From contig JBHGNT010000012.1 in NCBI GenBank assembly GCA_043228905.1, forward strand, positions 17,856,001-17,920,000: 64,000 bases of DNA. The letters run 5' to 3'. Positions 49,439-63,590 of the stretch are shown here, piece by piece. The first letter of the stretch is position 1; every line of letters begins with the position of its first letter. Origin of the DNA: Azolla caroliniana. Its lineage: Eukaryota; Plantae; Polypodiophyta. A program made the position numbers and the translations under genes. Below the pieces are notes generated by a model. It was not told the origin of the DNA. It was given only the letters and a program-made list of their open reading frames with translations, and did not search any database.

Positions 49439-51944
49439 CGACCACGGCATGAGAACTCCTATGACCTGAACTAGCATATGAGCTTTTAGTGAGCTTACCA
49501 AATTCACATGCATCACAAACAAGTTTTGTTTTATCGGCCTTTTCAAAAAGGTGCGGATACACCTGACTCAAAATGCCATAAGAGGTATGTCCCATACGTT
49601 GGTGGTAAAGTATCAACAACTCCTCATAACTCATTTTAGATCCCCTTACATCTGTTCCCTCTACCATAGATGCTAATGTTGAATCCAGCCCTTCACGATC
49701 CAAATACCATAGTCCACTATGCCATTTCCTAGTCCCAAGTCTCCGATTTGTCCCTTTCTCCTAGAATATCACTTTGGGAATATCAAAAGAAATAACACAA
49801 TTTAGTTGGTGTATGATAGAACTTATGGATAATAAGTTTGCTGGGAATGAAGGAGCATCCAACACATTAGACAATGTCACAGAGTCAATACATTTTATTG
49901 TACTATACCCACTACAGGTTGTTTTGTACCGTCAACAATCTGAATGCTTTCTAGCATTGATAAGTCGGTATACGAGGAGAATTCACTAGTATTACCTATG
50001 ACATGCCTAGATGCACCATAATCAATTATCCATTTTGATGTAGAGGCAAGAGTATTTGTGTTGCTAGTACTTGTGGCTGAATAAGCATAGGTGGCAACGT
50101 TACCTCTTGACATGAATGAAGTATCATCTACGGCTCTTTGCTTCCTCCTAAGTATTTCTAAGAGTGCTTGATCATGTTCGGTGAACACCACCTTAGTTCC
50201 TTCCTCTTCTTTTGTTACCATCAAGTTTGCTTGGTGACCTTCTCTTGCACCTCTTTGGCCCCCTCGACCACGACCTCTAGTTTGTCCACGTCCTCCATAT
50301 TGTTACCGGCTGGCAAAGGAGTCCAGAGTGGGAAACGGAGAGTTATTTAAGTAGTAGGAATGTGGTTGTAATTAAGCTACGAGTGTGGACGAACGGACCG
50401 GAATCGGTATGCCGTTCCAGATTCGGACCGATCCCGAACAGGTGCGGATGGCACCATTTTGTAATACAGACCGGAAACCTATTTAAAAGGCCGGATACAA
50501 TGTAATCAATAGCGGTTAATTAATAAAGCTTAGCGTTGTTATCTCTTTGTGTTAATTGCTGTTTTGTCTTAATTGTTATATCTTACGCGTGTGATTATGA
50601 AAGACGATCATGCTAAGTAACTTAATAAAGTCGGATTAAGCGTTGAGTCTAATCTGGTTGCCGTAACACCCTTTGGTGAAGTGTCTTCCGTAGACACCCT
50701 GTGTTAGGCCATTGTCCGGCCCTAAGAGTTAACACAGTTTTTGGCGACCACGATTCCTGTTTTTGCAGCGAATGACGGCACGGATGGATGTCTAGATCAA
50801 CGCACGACTTGGTTACAGATCGAACTCGACGCCTTTGCCGAAAGGCAAAGGAGACGCGAGGCCTTCTAGCAAGCGGCGCAGGAAATTAGAGCGGATCGCT
50901 CGTTTTCCAACGTAATCTGGAGAGTAGCGGAGGAGTCCCTCTGGTTACAGCAAACATCACACCCGGACGACGGCAGCAACCTAAGCAGCCTCCGGGAAAC
51001 CGAATCCCTTCTCCACGTGTTGGCAAACGGAGAAGGCGAAGCAGAAGCCTTTTCAGCATATGAATCGGACTCCGAAGGGGAATACAGCGTGCACACGAAC
51101 TACCGTAGCAGCAACAAAACCCTGGGCGGACCGGAGGACGAAGGATCAGATACCTTACCAACACCGGAACCGGAAGTGCTAACGCTGGAACCCCCGGAAC
51201 CAGCAGAAGAAGAGCGACCTCCGACACCGGAAGTCGAAGAGGAGAGGCTTCCGTCACCAAAAGAAGAGGAAAAACCACCGACGCCGTAAACAAATCAGGA
51301 AAGACCACCGACGCCGGAGAAAATTCCGGAACGAGCACCAACATTGCCAACTCGCGCACCGATACCGGACGATGACATGCCGTTCCAGTACTCCAAGTAT
51401 AGAGATGATCCGGATGCGGAAGCTCATGTGCACGCCTTTGAACAGACATGGGAAGCCAACCATGTGTCCCAACGATTGACCCCAAAGGAAGAAGAACGCT
51501 CTAAGATAGCGGAATTTGGCGTCACATTAGAGGGACCGGCAGCAAGATGGCGTCGGACGCAGGATCCGTCTACTATCAACACCTTTGCAGATTTAAAAGC
51601 TAAATTCTTGCATTTTTTCCAAAAGGAGGTGGACCAGACCGTAATGGTAGGCTTATTTTATACCATCCGACAGGAGGCAGGGGAGAGCATTCCCCAATAT
51701 GTCATCTGGTTTCAACGGATGCATAGTCAGCTTGCCCGCGCACCCCCGGAGGAGGAATTACGGACTATATTCCTAAACGCGCTCCGGGAACCCCTACGCA
51801 CGGTTTGCACGGTAATTGACTTCCGCACAAGTACCATCAACCAGGTCATTGACCGGGTAAGAGAGATGGAAAAGACAAGCTCCTGGCTCGCACTGGGAGC
51901 ACTCCAACCGGCGTTACCGTTCGATGAAGACCTCCGGTTTCGGC

Positions 51945-54900
51945 TGTCATGAACACATGACCATTATGGCGTCACCCGGACTTGAACCTTGAACCTTGTA
52001 ATTCATACTTGAAAACCTCAACCATTAAGATAGCTTATTGTTATATGAACGATAAAAGCTACTTCTTGTATTACATTGATTATTGTAAAAACTCTAGATT
52101 ATTTTAGAATGTTCTAGAATGTCCTAGAGCATTCTAGGTCTAGAACATTCTAGAAATCTCTAAGCTATTCTATAGGAACCTATAAATAAGCGCATACATG
52201 TATTCTCAAATCAATTCGAATCAACACCAGTTTTTAGCTCTCATTACATATCTTGTATCCATTCTCTTTCTTTCTCTATCTTATACATCCATTCTTCTCT
52301 ATCCTTCTTCCATCACTCTATCTTTTATCCTTGGTTCTGACAGTTTGATTCGAATTCTCTCTCTCTCTCTCCCATTCTAACCATTGCTTCCATGCGACTT
52401 AGCTCACATGCATTGCGATGTGAAACAGGGCGTTGGGGTACAAGTGATGAGAGTGGTCGGTTATGCGCACTTTGCCCTAAACAAGTTCGCGAGTCTGAGT
52501 ATCACACTTTGATACAATGCTCTGCCTTTGATCATATTCGACCATGCTTTACACATCTCTTCGATCGAGCCCAATCTTTGCATGAATTCCTCTCACAACC
52601 ACAATGTGCACTCTCGATTGCAACATTCATTGGTAAAGTTCTTGAACATCGAGAGTCACTACTCACTTTCACACATATCACGTGAAATGTAATATTTTTG
52701 GTCTCATAGGTCATATTTGACCTCCGAAGACGATAATATAATCTATCTATCTATCTATCTCTCTCTCTTATCCTCCTTTGTAACCATCCTGAAACCATGG
52801 CTGCCATTAACTCAGAAGAATATCTCACCCTTGTTGCAGAAATGGAGAACCTTAAATCCAAGTTCGCATCTCTTGAAGTAGAGAATCAACGTCTACTTGG
52901 GGATCTACAAAAGGTTACTATAGAGAAGCAACAACAACAGGAGGAGTTCACGCGACGAGTGCAACAGTTAGAGTCGACAATCGTCGTGTTACAACAACAA
53001 AGGGTTGAAGGTCAGGGACTTATCAAGGAGCCCAAAATTAGCCTCCCAACTAAATTTGATGGGTCGAGGGCGCATTTCCGCGGTTTTTTGAATCAAGTAC
53101 GGTTGGTGATTCAAATGCATCACGCACGTTATCCAACAGATGCATCACGAGTTGGGCTAGTGGGCACTTTATTGATTGGCATAGCGTTGTCGTGGTTTGC
53201 TCCATTGCTAGAGACCAATTCTCCTCTATTGAATAATTTCGAGGAATTTATCAAGGAATTTAAGGCTTGTTTCGGAGATACTGATGGGGCGAGAACAGCT
53301 ATCAACAAGATTCGTACACTTCGTCAAGGTGATCAACCAGCTTCAACATATGCTGCCAATTTCCGTCTCATCGCAAGCGATATTCCTTGGGATGAACAAG
53401 CCCTAATGGAGCAATTCCGTTCAGGCCTTCGTAGTGATGTCAAAGACTTACTTCTTACCTTCCCCGAGGATCCAAGGTCACTTACAGAAGCTATTAGTCG
53501 AGCAATACGGTGTGATAATCTCTTTTTTGAGCGTCGATGTGAGCGACAACAACAAATAACAAGATCTAGATTCACACCAACTTATGCATCAGTAACGGCG
53601 CAATCATCCCCAAGGCAAATGTATAGCCTTGCTCCAACTCCAAGGCAAACACGTAGTCCAGTCCCAATGGATAGTCCTACACCCATGGAGATCGATATGA
53701 CTCAACGGAGAGGACCGTTGTCAGACGAAGAGAAGCAACGTTGTTGAGCAAACCATCTGTGCTTATATTGTGGAGGTCCAGGACATATAGCCATTCATTG
53801 CTCCCGTAGGCCGAGACGTCAGGTAAATCAAATTCACTATGACAATAAAAATGAGTCCAACATTTTAGAAGTAGTTAGTGAATCTAATATTATGAATAAT
53901 CCACCCTTGTCCAATAAATTTGAAGTCCTAAGCCAATTAGAAGAGGAGTCAAACGAATAAGTCCGGCCAAAATAGGAGCCATTTGGTTGGACAACCCTAG
54001 ATATGTACAACCTAGTGTGGGTTCCATTTCTTCCAAGCATGTTAGTAGAGTCTTCTCAACCCTAGTACAAGTTAGGACACCCAGTTGTCAACTTCAAGTC
54101 CAAGCCCTCTTAGATACTGGAGCCAATTCTTGTTTCATGGATAGAGATTTTGCCCAAAAACACCAAATATCCTTGCATACACTTCCTTGTCCAGTTTCCG
54201 TAGTAGTGATTGATGGACGCCCCATAGCTTCCGGGAAGATATTTGAAGAGTCTGAGCCAATACACATACTCTTGGGTGATTTAGGATGTGTAGTTTCGGC
54301 CAGGAGATGAGTGGAAAACAACATTTCGTACTCGGTATGGTCATTTCGAGTATACAGTCATGCCTTTCGGGCTCACAAATGCACCTGCCGTATTCCAACA
54401 TATGGCAAATGACATCTTCCGGGATTTCTTGGATATTTTTCTAATCATCTACCTAGATGATCTATTGATTTACTCTAAAACACAGGGGGAGCATGATATA
54501 CATGTGCGGCAAGTACTTGAACGCCTAAAGAAGTATGGTCTTTACGCCAAACTTGAGAAATGCAGTTTTGATTGCAAACAAGTCGAATTTTTGGGATACA
54601 CTATTTCATCCCATGGTGTTTTCATGGACCCGGCAAAAGTCCAAACAATATTGGAATGGAAACCCCCATGCTCAATTCGGGATGTCCAGTGTTTCCTCGG
54701 AAATTCATACATAATTATTCAAGCATTGTGTTGCCCCTTACTCAACTCACCCAGAAAAATCAAGCATTTTTTTGGAGTATCGAAGCGGACAAGGCTTTTA
54801 CGCAGCTAAAAGAGGCATTCACATCAGCACCCATCCTAGCACATATTGATCTTGAAAAGCCATTTACTATTGAGGCGGATGCATCAGACTTTGCATTGGG

Positions 54901-57259
54901 GAGTATCCTATCGCAACCAGGCGAGGACGGGCAGATACATCCAGTCGCGTTTCACTCGAGAAAGTTTACTATTTCGGAGATAAACTATGAGGTGCATGAC
55001 AAGGAGTTACTAGCTGTGGTCGACTCATTCGAGCAATGGCGTCATTTTCTAGAAGGATCACCTCATCAGATTATCATTTATAGTGATCACAAAAATCTCA
55101 CATATTTTCAAACAGCTCGAGTATTAAATAGACGACAAGCTCGATGGGCCCAATTTCTAACGCGTTTCGATTTCAAGATCATTTTTCGCCCCGGAAAACA
55201 ACAAGGGAAAGCAGATGCTCTGTCTCGGCGTTCGTATCTAGCACTTCGACCTGGAGATCCGGCCTTTGACAATCAAAAGCAAACTCTCCTCGGGTCATCA
55301 AAGCTACAGGTAACAACAATTTATGCTACACCACTTGATTCTACCCTTCTTGACACTATTGGGCAACAACTTCATTCGGATGATTTTGCTAAGGATGTCT
55401 TAGCCCACTGTGGTTCAAGTCGTCCATCTTGCTCCACATTGCCAGGGTCATCTCAACATTATAAGGACTTCAAGTGGCAAGATGGTTTACTCTTCTACAA
55501 GAATCTCCTTTACGTCCCCGACGGATCACCCTGACTTCAAGTGTTGGAACATTGTCATGATGCCCCCATGGCTGGACATTTTGGTATTTCCAAGACCATT
55601 GAGCTGGTGAAACGTTCGTTTTGGTGGCCTCACTTGCAAAAATTTGTCGGAGATTATGTTTGCACTTGTGACACCTGCTGTCGCGCCAAAATACCCCGAC
55701 ATCACCCTTATGGCTTACTACAACCATTACCCCCTCCCAACAAGCCATGGCAGTCTATTTCTACGGATTTCATTACGGATCTGCCACCTTCCAAAGGCTT
55801 TGATACTATTTTAACGGTAGTGGATCGGTTCACCAAGATGACACATTTTGTACCATGTGTAAAGACCATCAATAGTGAAGAAACTGCAGATCTCATTATG
55901 CGTGAAGTGTTTCGCCATCATGGTCTCCCGAATGATATTATTAGCGATCGAGGTCCTCAATTTATCTCACACTTTTGGAAGCACCTATGGGCAGGCCTCA
56001 AAATTTCTTGCAAACTCTCTTCGGCTTATCATCCACAAACTGACGGACAAACAGAGCGCACAAATCAAACGCTCGAGCAATATCTTCGATGTTTCATTAG
56101 TTATCAACAAGATGATTGGAGTAAAATTTTACATCTTGCTAAATTTGCATACAACAACACGGTCCACTCTTCTACCAAAGTTACACCTTTCTTTGCCTAC
56201 ACCGGCAACCACCCTCGATGGTGTATACTGGATCTTCCCGAGGTGTCACGAAACCCTAGTGCGGCGCATCACCTCCACCGACTACAACAAATCCAGTTCG
56301 AGTTATCGTCACATCTTCAGAAAGCGCAAGCACACCATAAGACCAATGCCGATCAACATCGTCTTAAGTCTCCGTTTAAGGTTGGTGACCGTGTATGGTT
56401 GCTTCGTCGTCACATCAAGACTACCCGACCGTGTGCTAAGCTTGACTATCAACGCTTAGGTCCTTTTGTCATCACGACGCAGATTAATGATGCAACATTT
56501 CGTCTTAACCTTCCTGCACATATGCGGCTTCACCCTGTCTTTCATAGCTCTCTTTTGGAACCTTGCCACACCTCTTTAATTCCTGATCGTGTCGTGCCAC
56601 CACCGCCTTCTGTACAACTTGTGGACGGCCCCGAATACGAGGTAGCTGCTATTCTCGATTCTAAGATTGTGCGCAATAAGCTTTATTATCTAGTTGATTG
56701 GCTTGGTTATCCTCCGAGTGATCGCACTTGGGAACCCATCGATAACGTTTGTAATGCTGAAGCTCTGGTCAACGACCGTTGACCATCGTCACTATCCAAA
56801 CAAGCCCGACCCAACAATGTTAACGCCGACTTCCACTCGGCGTTCTCGAAGGAGGGATAGTGTCATGAACACATGACCATTATGGCGTCACCCGGACTTG
56901 AACCTTGAACCTTGTAATTCATACTTGAAAACCTCAACCATTAAGATAGCTTATTGTTATATGAAACAATAAAAGCTACTTCTTGTATTACATTGATTAT
57001 TGTAAAAACTCTAGATTATTTTAGAATGTTCTAGAATGTCCTAGAGCATTCTAGGTCTAGAACATTCTAGAAATCTCTAAGCTATTCTATAGGAACCTAT
57101 AAATAAGCGCATACATGTATTCTCAAATCAATTCGAATCAACACCAGTCTTTAGCTCTCATTACATATCTTGTATCCATTCTCTTTCTTTCTCTATCTTA
57201 TACATCCATTCTTCTCTATCCTTCTTCCATCACTCTATCTTTTATCCTTGGTTCTGACA
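51945..57259 (+). mobile_element. Chromovirus (Tcn1/Tf1-like Ty3/Gypsy) nested in element A gag
   Basis: LTRs 51945-52342 and 56861-57259 (~3 differences), TSD TCGGC, PPT at 56848-56860; gag 52797-53960, protease LDTGA, RT YLDD, RNaseH, integrase, chromodomain EYEVAAILDSK...YLVDWLGY..TWEP; deletion at ~54295. Confidence 0.95.
52372..52760 (+). mobile_element. RTEX-like LINE (family 2) 3' fragment within the chromovirus leader
   Basis: MRLSSHALRCETGRW...CALC...ESEYHTLIQC; (TATC)n tail; (CT)n on both sides. Confidence 0.85.
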
Positions 57260-60200
57260 TCGGCAAGCAATACAGTGCACAACCTGCTTGAATTCCGGAC
57301 ACTCGGCTCTAGAATGCACTATGAGGACGCAATGTGTAATCTGTCAATCCAAGAGCCATACAACGGATAGGTGTGAATATAATCTGTTGAACCGGCAAGC
57401 ACCGCCCGTTCGACAAATTGAGCCACGCAGCAGCCGGGATGAAGAAGACGAACGCTGGCGGCGAATTGACCGCGACCGACCGGCACAGGATGTCCGGTAT
57501 GGCGATTGACGGGAAAATGATGTCCGGTACGGTGATCGGCGGGATAACTATGACCGGCATGATCGGTACCGGGATTACAATAGACGGTACGAACATTACG
57601 ACCGGGAGCACTCCCCCGGGTATCGTCAGCAACGGGAGGAATACGGCAGATATAATGGGCAACCCCGTCAAGAGCACCGTAATAAGAAGAGCTATAACAA
57701 AAAACGGCATTTTAAAAAAGGCGGCTACCCCCGGGATCCGGAACAAGGAGCTCCAAGCAGCCAACCGGTATAAAACCCCGCGCGTACCGCAGGACCTGCC
57801 CCGGGTACAACAACCAATGCCGAATCTAGCAATACCCGGGAATCCTACTGCTACTATTGCCGACAGGAAGGCCATTATAGTAACCAATGCCCGGTGAAGA
57901 GCTATGAAAAACGACCGGCGGTAAATATGGTAGTCCCTGAGGTGGCAGATCTACAGCAGGTGACCACAAGGTCGAAGGGCATGGCCAAAGAATGGGAGAT
58001 GCAGGAGACCATCCGGAAACAAGCAACAGAATGGGTAAAGAAAGCAAACGAGCAGAATGTCATAGACTTACAACAGCAAAAGGAGAACACCGTAGGGCTT
58101 GCCGGCGGTAGTCACTCCGAGAACGGGACATGGCAGGCGTTGCAAGAATGCCAGATTACGTTGCCACTAGGAAGACTCCTACAACTCGTGCCAAGATTCA
58201 CGGAAGGACTGAAGACGACCATGACGGCAGGAGCACCATCACCGGCACCGGTACTCTTCTCGAATCCGGAGGAGGGACCAACGGTGGTGGACACCAGCAG
58301 TCCGGTAATCACTGCCATCGTAAAAGGGAAAGAACTCCCCGACACAGTTATAGAAGGAGGCTCTAGGGTGAATGTAATAAGCCTCCGGACGTGTGATGCC
58401 CTAGGAATCCACGAGTGGGAGCCGTGTCCGTTCTGGTTGCGGATGGCCGATACAAGCTCAGTGCGGCCGACAGGATTAATACGGAAATTAGAAGTCACCG
58501 TCGGCGGTCATACATTTCACATCTCGGCCGTAGTGCTACAATTACAGGCACAAGGCGCATACCCGCTATTGTTGGGGCGGCCATGGTTGAAAACGGCACA
58601 TATCAAATAGAATTGGCAGAAAAATATAATTACCTTCCGGCAAGGAAAAGCCAAGGTACGGGTACTAACACAGCCAAGGATGAGCACTGGCAAGGAATGT
58701 ACACCGTTGTATGCGGAATGCATCAACATGCAAGAAGGGTTAGCGGACGAAGAAGAAGCTTAGTACCTGCAGGAAAACCTGAAGATCATACCCCTCTTCG
58801 AAATTGACATTGCCGAGGCAGTAGCACCATACTTACCGCAACCGGAAGAGGCTGAAGCAAAACCGGATAAAGACGCAATCCGGGAGTTATGGCAAGCGCA
58901 GGAAGCGTTGGAATGGGAAATGGCCGTTTCACAGCGCGTAAAAGCGTCGCAACTGGAAGAGGTGAACCTAGGGACCACAGACGAAGCAAAACCAGTGCAC
59001 ATCGCCAAGGAGATGAAGTCCGAGGACAAAACGGCGATGATCACACTTCTCACGGAATTTCGCGATGTGTTCACCTAGTCATACGAAGACATGCGAGGAC
59101 TCGACCCTCAGTTATACCAGCATCAGGTGCACGTGAGCAAGGACGCAAAACCAGTGGCACAAAGACGGTACCGGATAAATCCCAATTATGCCGCCAAACT
59201 CAAAGTTGAAATCGACAAACTGCTAAGAGTTGGCTTTATCCGTCTGGTAAAGAAAGCAACATGGCTGAGCCCGATCGTAGTTGTACCGAAGAAGAACGGA
59301 AAAATTCGAGTTTGTGTAGACTACCGGAAACTCAATGCAGCTACGGTAACGGATGCGTTTCCACTTCCGTTCACAGATAGAGTATTGGATGCCGTCGCCG
59401 GCCATGAGGTTTATAGCTTCCTAGACGGATTCAGCGGGTATAATCAGATCCGGATGAACCCCGACGACCAAGAGAAAACGGCTTTTGTCACCGAATGGGG
59501 GGTGTTTGTGGCCGTGGTGATGATGTTCGGACTCAAAACGGCACCGGCAACATTTCAACGAATCATCATGGAAATCTTTGGTGAATATATTCCAGCTTTT
59601 ATGCAGGTTTTCCTTGACGATTTCGCTGTCTATAGCCGGGAGGAGGACCATTTTCAGCACCTCCGCCTTTGTCTTGAAAAGTGTAGAGCGTACCGGCTAA
59701 GCTTGAATCCGGCAAAGTGTGTATTTGGCGTATCCAGTGGAACGCTATTAGGACATATTGTGAGCCAGGAAGGTATTGCAGTCGACCCGGACAAAGTGAA
59801 AGCCATACTAGAAGTACCGGCGCCGGCAACGGCAAAGGCATTGAACCGGTTCTTAGGCCAGATCCGGTGGCACAGCCGAATGCTCCGATACTTGGCGGAC
59901 CTGGCTACACCGTTGCATGCTGCCGTACATCGGACACCATTCCAATGGACCGACACCGAGGATAGGGCGTATAGGGCCCTCAAGGTACTATTGTCGCAAG
60001 CACCGGTAGTGTAGCCTCCGGATTGGAGTAAAGAATTTCACGTGTTCGTGGACGCCTCCGACATCACAATTGGAAGCGTACTTATGCAGCTTACAGAACC
60101 AAAGTGGTACCGGCCAATGTACTATGCCAGCCGAAAGTTATCCCAAGCAGAACAGAACTACTCTACCACGGAACGAGAAGCTCTAGGGATGATCTACAGT

Positions 60201-62349
60201 GTGACAAAGTTTCGGCATTATTTATTGGGAAGGAAGTTTTCCTTCCATGTAGATCATTCGGCACTCCTTTACCTGGTGTCCAAAGCGTCACTCACCGGTA
60301 AATTGGCCCAGTGGACCTTACTGTTACAGGAATTCGAGTTTGAAATATTCCACCGACTCGGTATACAGCATGCCGTGGCGGATTACTTAAGCCGATTAGA
60401 GTCCGGAGAGACGGGTGACGGAGTAGCGGAGGAGTTTCCGGATGCGGAGCTGTTTCGAGTCACTACGGAGACGGCAACAGATGAGACGGTGGCCCAGGAA
60501 GACAAGTGGGTCACAAACATGCACCAGTTTCTAAGCACAGGACTGCCTCCGGAAGAGATGAACTGGGATGAACGGAAACGCCTGGCGGTGCAAAGCCGAC
60601 ATTTTTGCTTACTAGAAGACACACTTTACCACAAGGGCGCGGACGGCATATGGAGACGGGCGGTGCGCAACGATGAAAAGGAACTGATACTGAGGGAAGC
60701 CCACTGCGGAGTTGCCGGAGGTCACTATGCCGGAGATGCGACGGCCAGGAAAATATGGCAAAGTGGCCTATGGTGGCCAACGACATTAAGAGATGCGGTA
60801 CGGTACGCAAAAGAATGTGACCTATGCCAGAGAATGGACCAGCCAATGGAGCAGGTTCGTATGCCACACCAGTCGGTGCTACCACTCGAGCCATTCCAGA
60901 AGTGGGGGCTGGACTTTGTGGGACCGTTCAAACCACCAGCAATGAGAACGGGTAATCGGTACGTCATCGTCGCGACGGATTACTGCACGAAATGGGTGGA
61001 GGCCAAAGCTTTAAGGGACAACACCGCTGCGTCAACGGCGAAATTTCTATACGAGTACATCTGGTGCCGTTACGGATGCCCAAGTAGTGGAAAGCCTGAC
61101 GACATTCTGTGTCGTTGTCCACAAACGGAGCACACCTTACTATCCACAAGAGAACGGTTTAGCGGAATCAACGAACAAGACGCTCCAGAATATCCTCCGG
61201 AAGATCGTCAACGAAAACCGAACGTATTGGGATACAAAGCTACATAGCGCGATTTGGGCATACCGGACAACATACAAAACGAGCATCCGAACAACACCGT
61301 TCCGGTTAGCGTTCGGACTACAGGCGGTAATGCTGGTGGAATTCCAAGTACCCAGCTTACGGATCCAGCTACGGGAACGGCTGAACAAGAAGGAGTCGGA
61401 GGCAATACGGTTGACAGTGTTGTGTGAACTCGAGGAACAACGACTGGCTAGCATCCTGCACTTAGAATTGGAGCAACGGCGACGGAAAGCATTTGTCGAC
61501 TGGCACAGGAAAGGAAACGAAAAAATGTTCACAATCGGCAAACCGGTGTTAGTATTTCAGACCCGGATGGGCAAGATGCTGGGTAAACTACGGTTTAGAT
61601 GGACCGGACCGTATTGGCTAACACGGGAGTATAATGGGTCCTACCAGTTAGGGACACTTGCCGGCGAAGTGCTAGGCAAATGGGTCAACGGATTCCGATT
61701 GAAGCCATATAGAGGACCAATGCCTACGAACCCATTTGAGCAAAGGACCGACACCAGTGAGGGAAACGGCAACCACCAAGACGGCGGAGACGGCGAGCCG
61801 GTAACTGGGGAGAATGAGGCCGGTAAGGGGCCGAGAGGACCAACGGACAAGTAACATCACACTAATAATAATAATAACCAAAAAAAAAAAAACAATCATG
61901 CAAAAGCGAGGAGTGAATGGATGAAAGAGCGAGGAGCGAAAAGGTACGTAGTGGGCATTTAAAGCGCCACCACAAGACATAATGTTATTTTAGTGCACGA
62001 CATGCACACACTCGAAAAAGGCGCCAGAATGCACAGACAAAAACCACTGCACGTAGAGACCCTTTACTTTCGCGAACCCAGGAGCACAGAAGCACCAAGA
62101 CGCTGCATGATCATCAGACGAGAACCTGCGCACAGAGAACCCCCGCCTTCTGAACTCTCTCTCTCTCTCAATCTCACTCTCATCACCATCCAACCTCGCC
62201 ACCGCAATCCGACCTCGACACAAACATGGACCCGCAAACACTGTCGGAAGCCGCCAAGACATGGCTAAAGCAACACGGGCTCGAGGGCTTCTTGATGATG
62301 ATGGAAGTACCGCCACACAAAGAAGCCGACAAAGTGATCAAAGAAATCG

Positions 62350-63540
62350 ACACGACTCCTTCCTTACGCACTATGGGCGGACCAAACTACACACAGTTCG
62401 GTGATAGGGTTTATGCCGGCAGAGCTGATGTACGGACAGAAGCCGATCATGCCGGTGGAACGGACGGTTTCTTCATGGGCGGCAGTAGATTGGAAGGACG
62501 AAATGAGCCGGGAGGAGTTGCTGGCAGCGTGGATTCGGCAACTCGAGCGGAGGCCGGAGGACGTGATACAGGCGAAGGAAAAGCTGCGAGCGGCAAGGGA
62601 GCGGAACAAGACCCGGTTCAACCGAACGCACCGGTTGCGACAAAAGAAGATCAAGGAAGGCGACTGGGTCTTGGTATACGACAACAACCTTGACAATCAG
62701 CACAAGGCGGTGCGAAAGTTCGCTAGGAGATGGTTCGGGCCCTACACGGTGACGAACGCGAACGACAACGGCGTGTACCACCTTGCGGAACTCAACTGGA
62801 CACGGTTAGCGGTGTCGGTGGCTAGAAAGCGGATCAAAGCGTTCAAAAAGCGGTTCGAAGATGAGCCGGAGCCTGCGAGTGGGAGCGACAACGACGATCA
62901 GTTCGGGTCCGGCGGAGAATCGGAGAGCAACGAGTGAGGCCGGGTTTCTTCGGTATCTACCCGTCTCTGGCGCATACCGGTGGATGCGCGGTTTGGTGGG
63001 GGTGGATGTCGTGAAGAAAACCGGCCATAGGCGGAATCGGAGAGAAAGAGCATAAACCGGCTCTTACACGGATGGACACGTGACTTGATATTTTGTACAC
63101 GGATCGATGGATGTAAATACTAAGCAACACACATTTATTAGGGGATTGTGCATATCTCTGTCAGGGGGGGACAGGTAATAAAACGAATTGACAGGAGGAT
63201 GGGGATAAAAAAGAGAAGAGAGAGGGGAGAAAGGGTATCGCGCGCTAGGGAGGACGAAGTGCTGCTGCAGATCTGAGTGCCGAGCTCTCTCTTCTCCTCC
63301 GGTCGTCGGTCTCTATGGGTTGGGAGTTCGTCGCCTCTGCTTCGTGGACAACCCGTGCGCTTCCAGTAGAGGCTCTCCCCCTTTGTTTTGTTTCTAGGAG
63401 TCGAGCGTGTGTTGTTTGTGTGTGTGAGTAGGATCCCCGTGTTGGGTCCATCGCCGCCTTGTCGGTTGTAATTGTCAGAGTCGTATTCTCTTGTTATTGT
63501 AATCTCTTGTTACTGAAATCAAGTGATACGTTCCATATCT

Positions 63541-63590
<50 letters not shown>

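Larger units (their letters stand above)
46741..50300 (-). mobile_element. Ty1/Copia remnant (3' LTR, PPT, RNaseH end, GAG-pre-integrase, protease); integrase/RT replaced by host DNA
   Basis: LTR ~46741-46945 ending CAACA, then CTCCCCCTCAAG; CDNKSAI...KHIEIDRFFIKE; HQRMGH...CDACEFGK; WIIDYGASRH. Confidence 0.85.
50301..62350 (+). mobile_element. Non-chromoviral Ty3/Gypsy element A (5' LTR 50301-50734, gag, pol, start of an extra 3' ORF); decayed, 3' LTR absent
   Basis: LTR TGTTA...TAACA, PBS-like TGGCGACCAC; gag LEGPAARW; protease region LLLGRPWL; RT WLSPIVVVPKK, FLDD; RNaseH; integrase WGLDFVGP; several TAG stops and a deletion in the integrase core near 61082. Confidence 0.9.
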
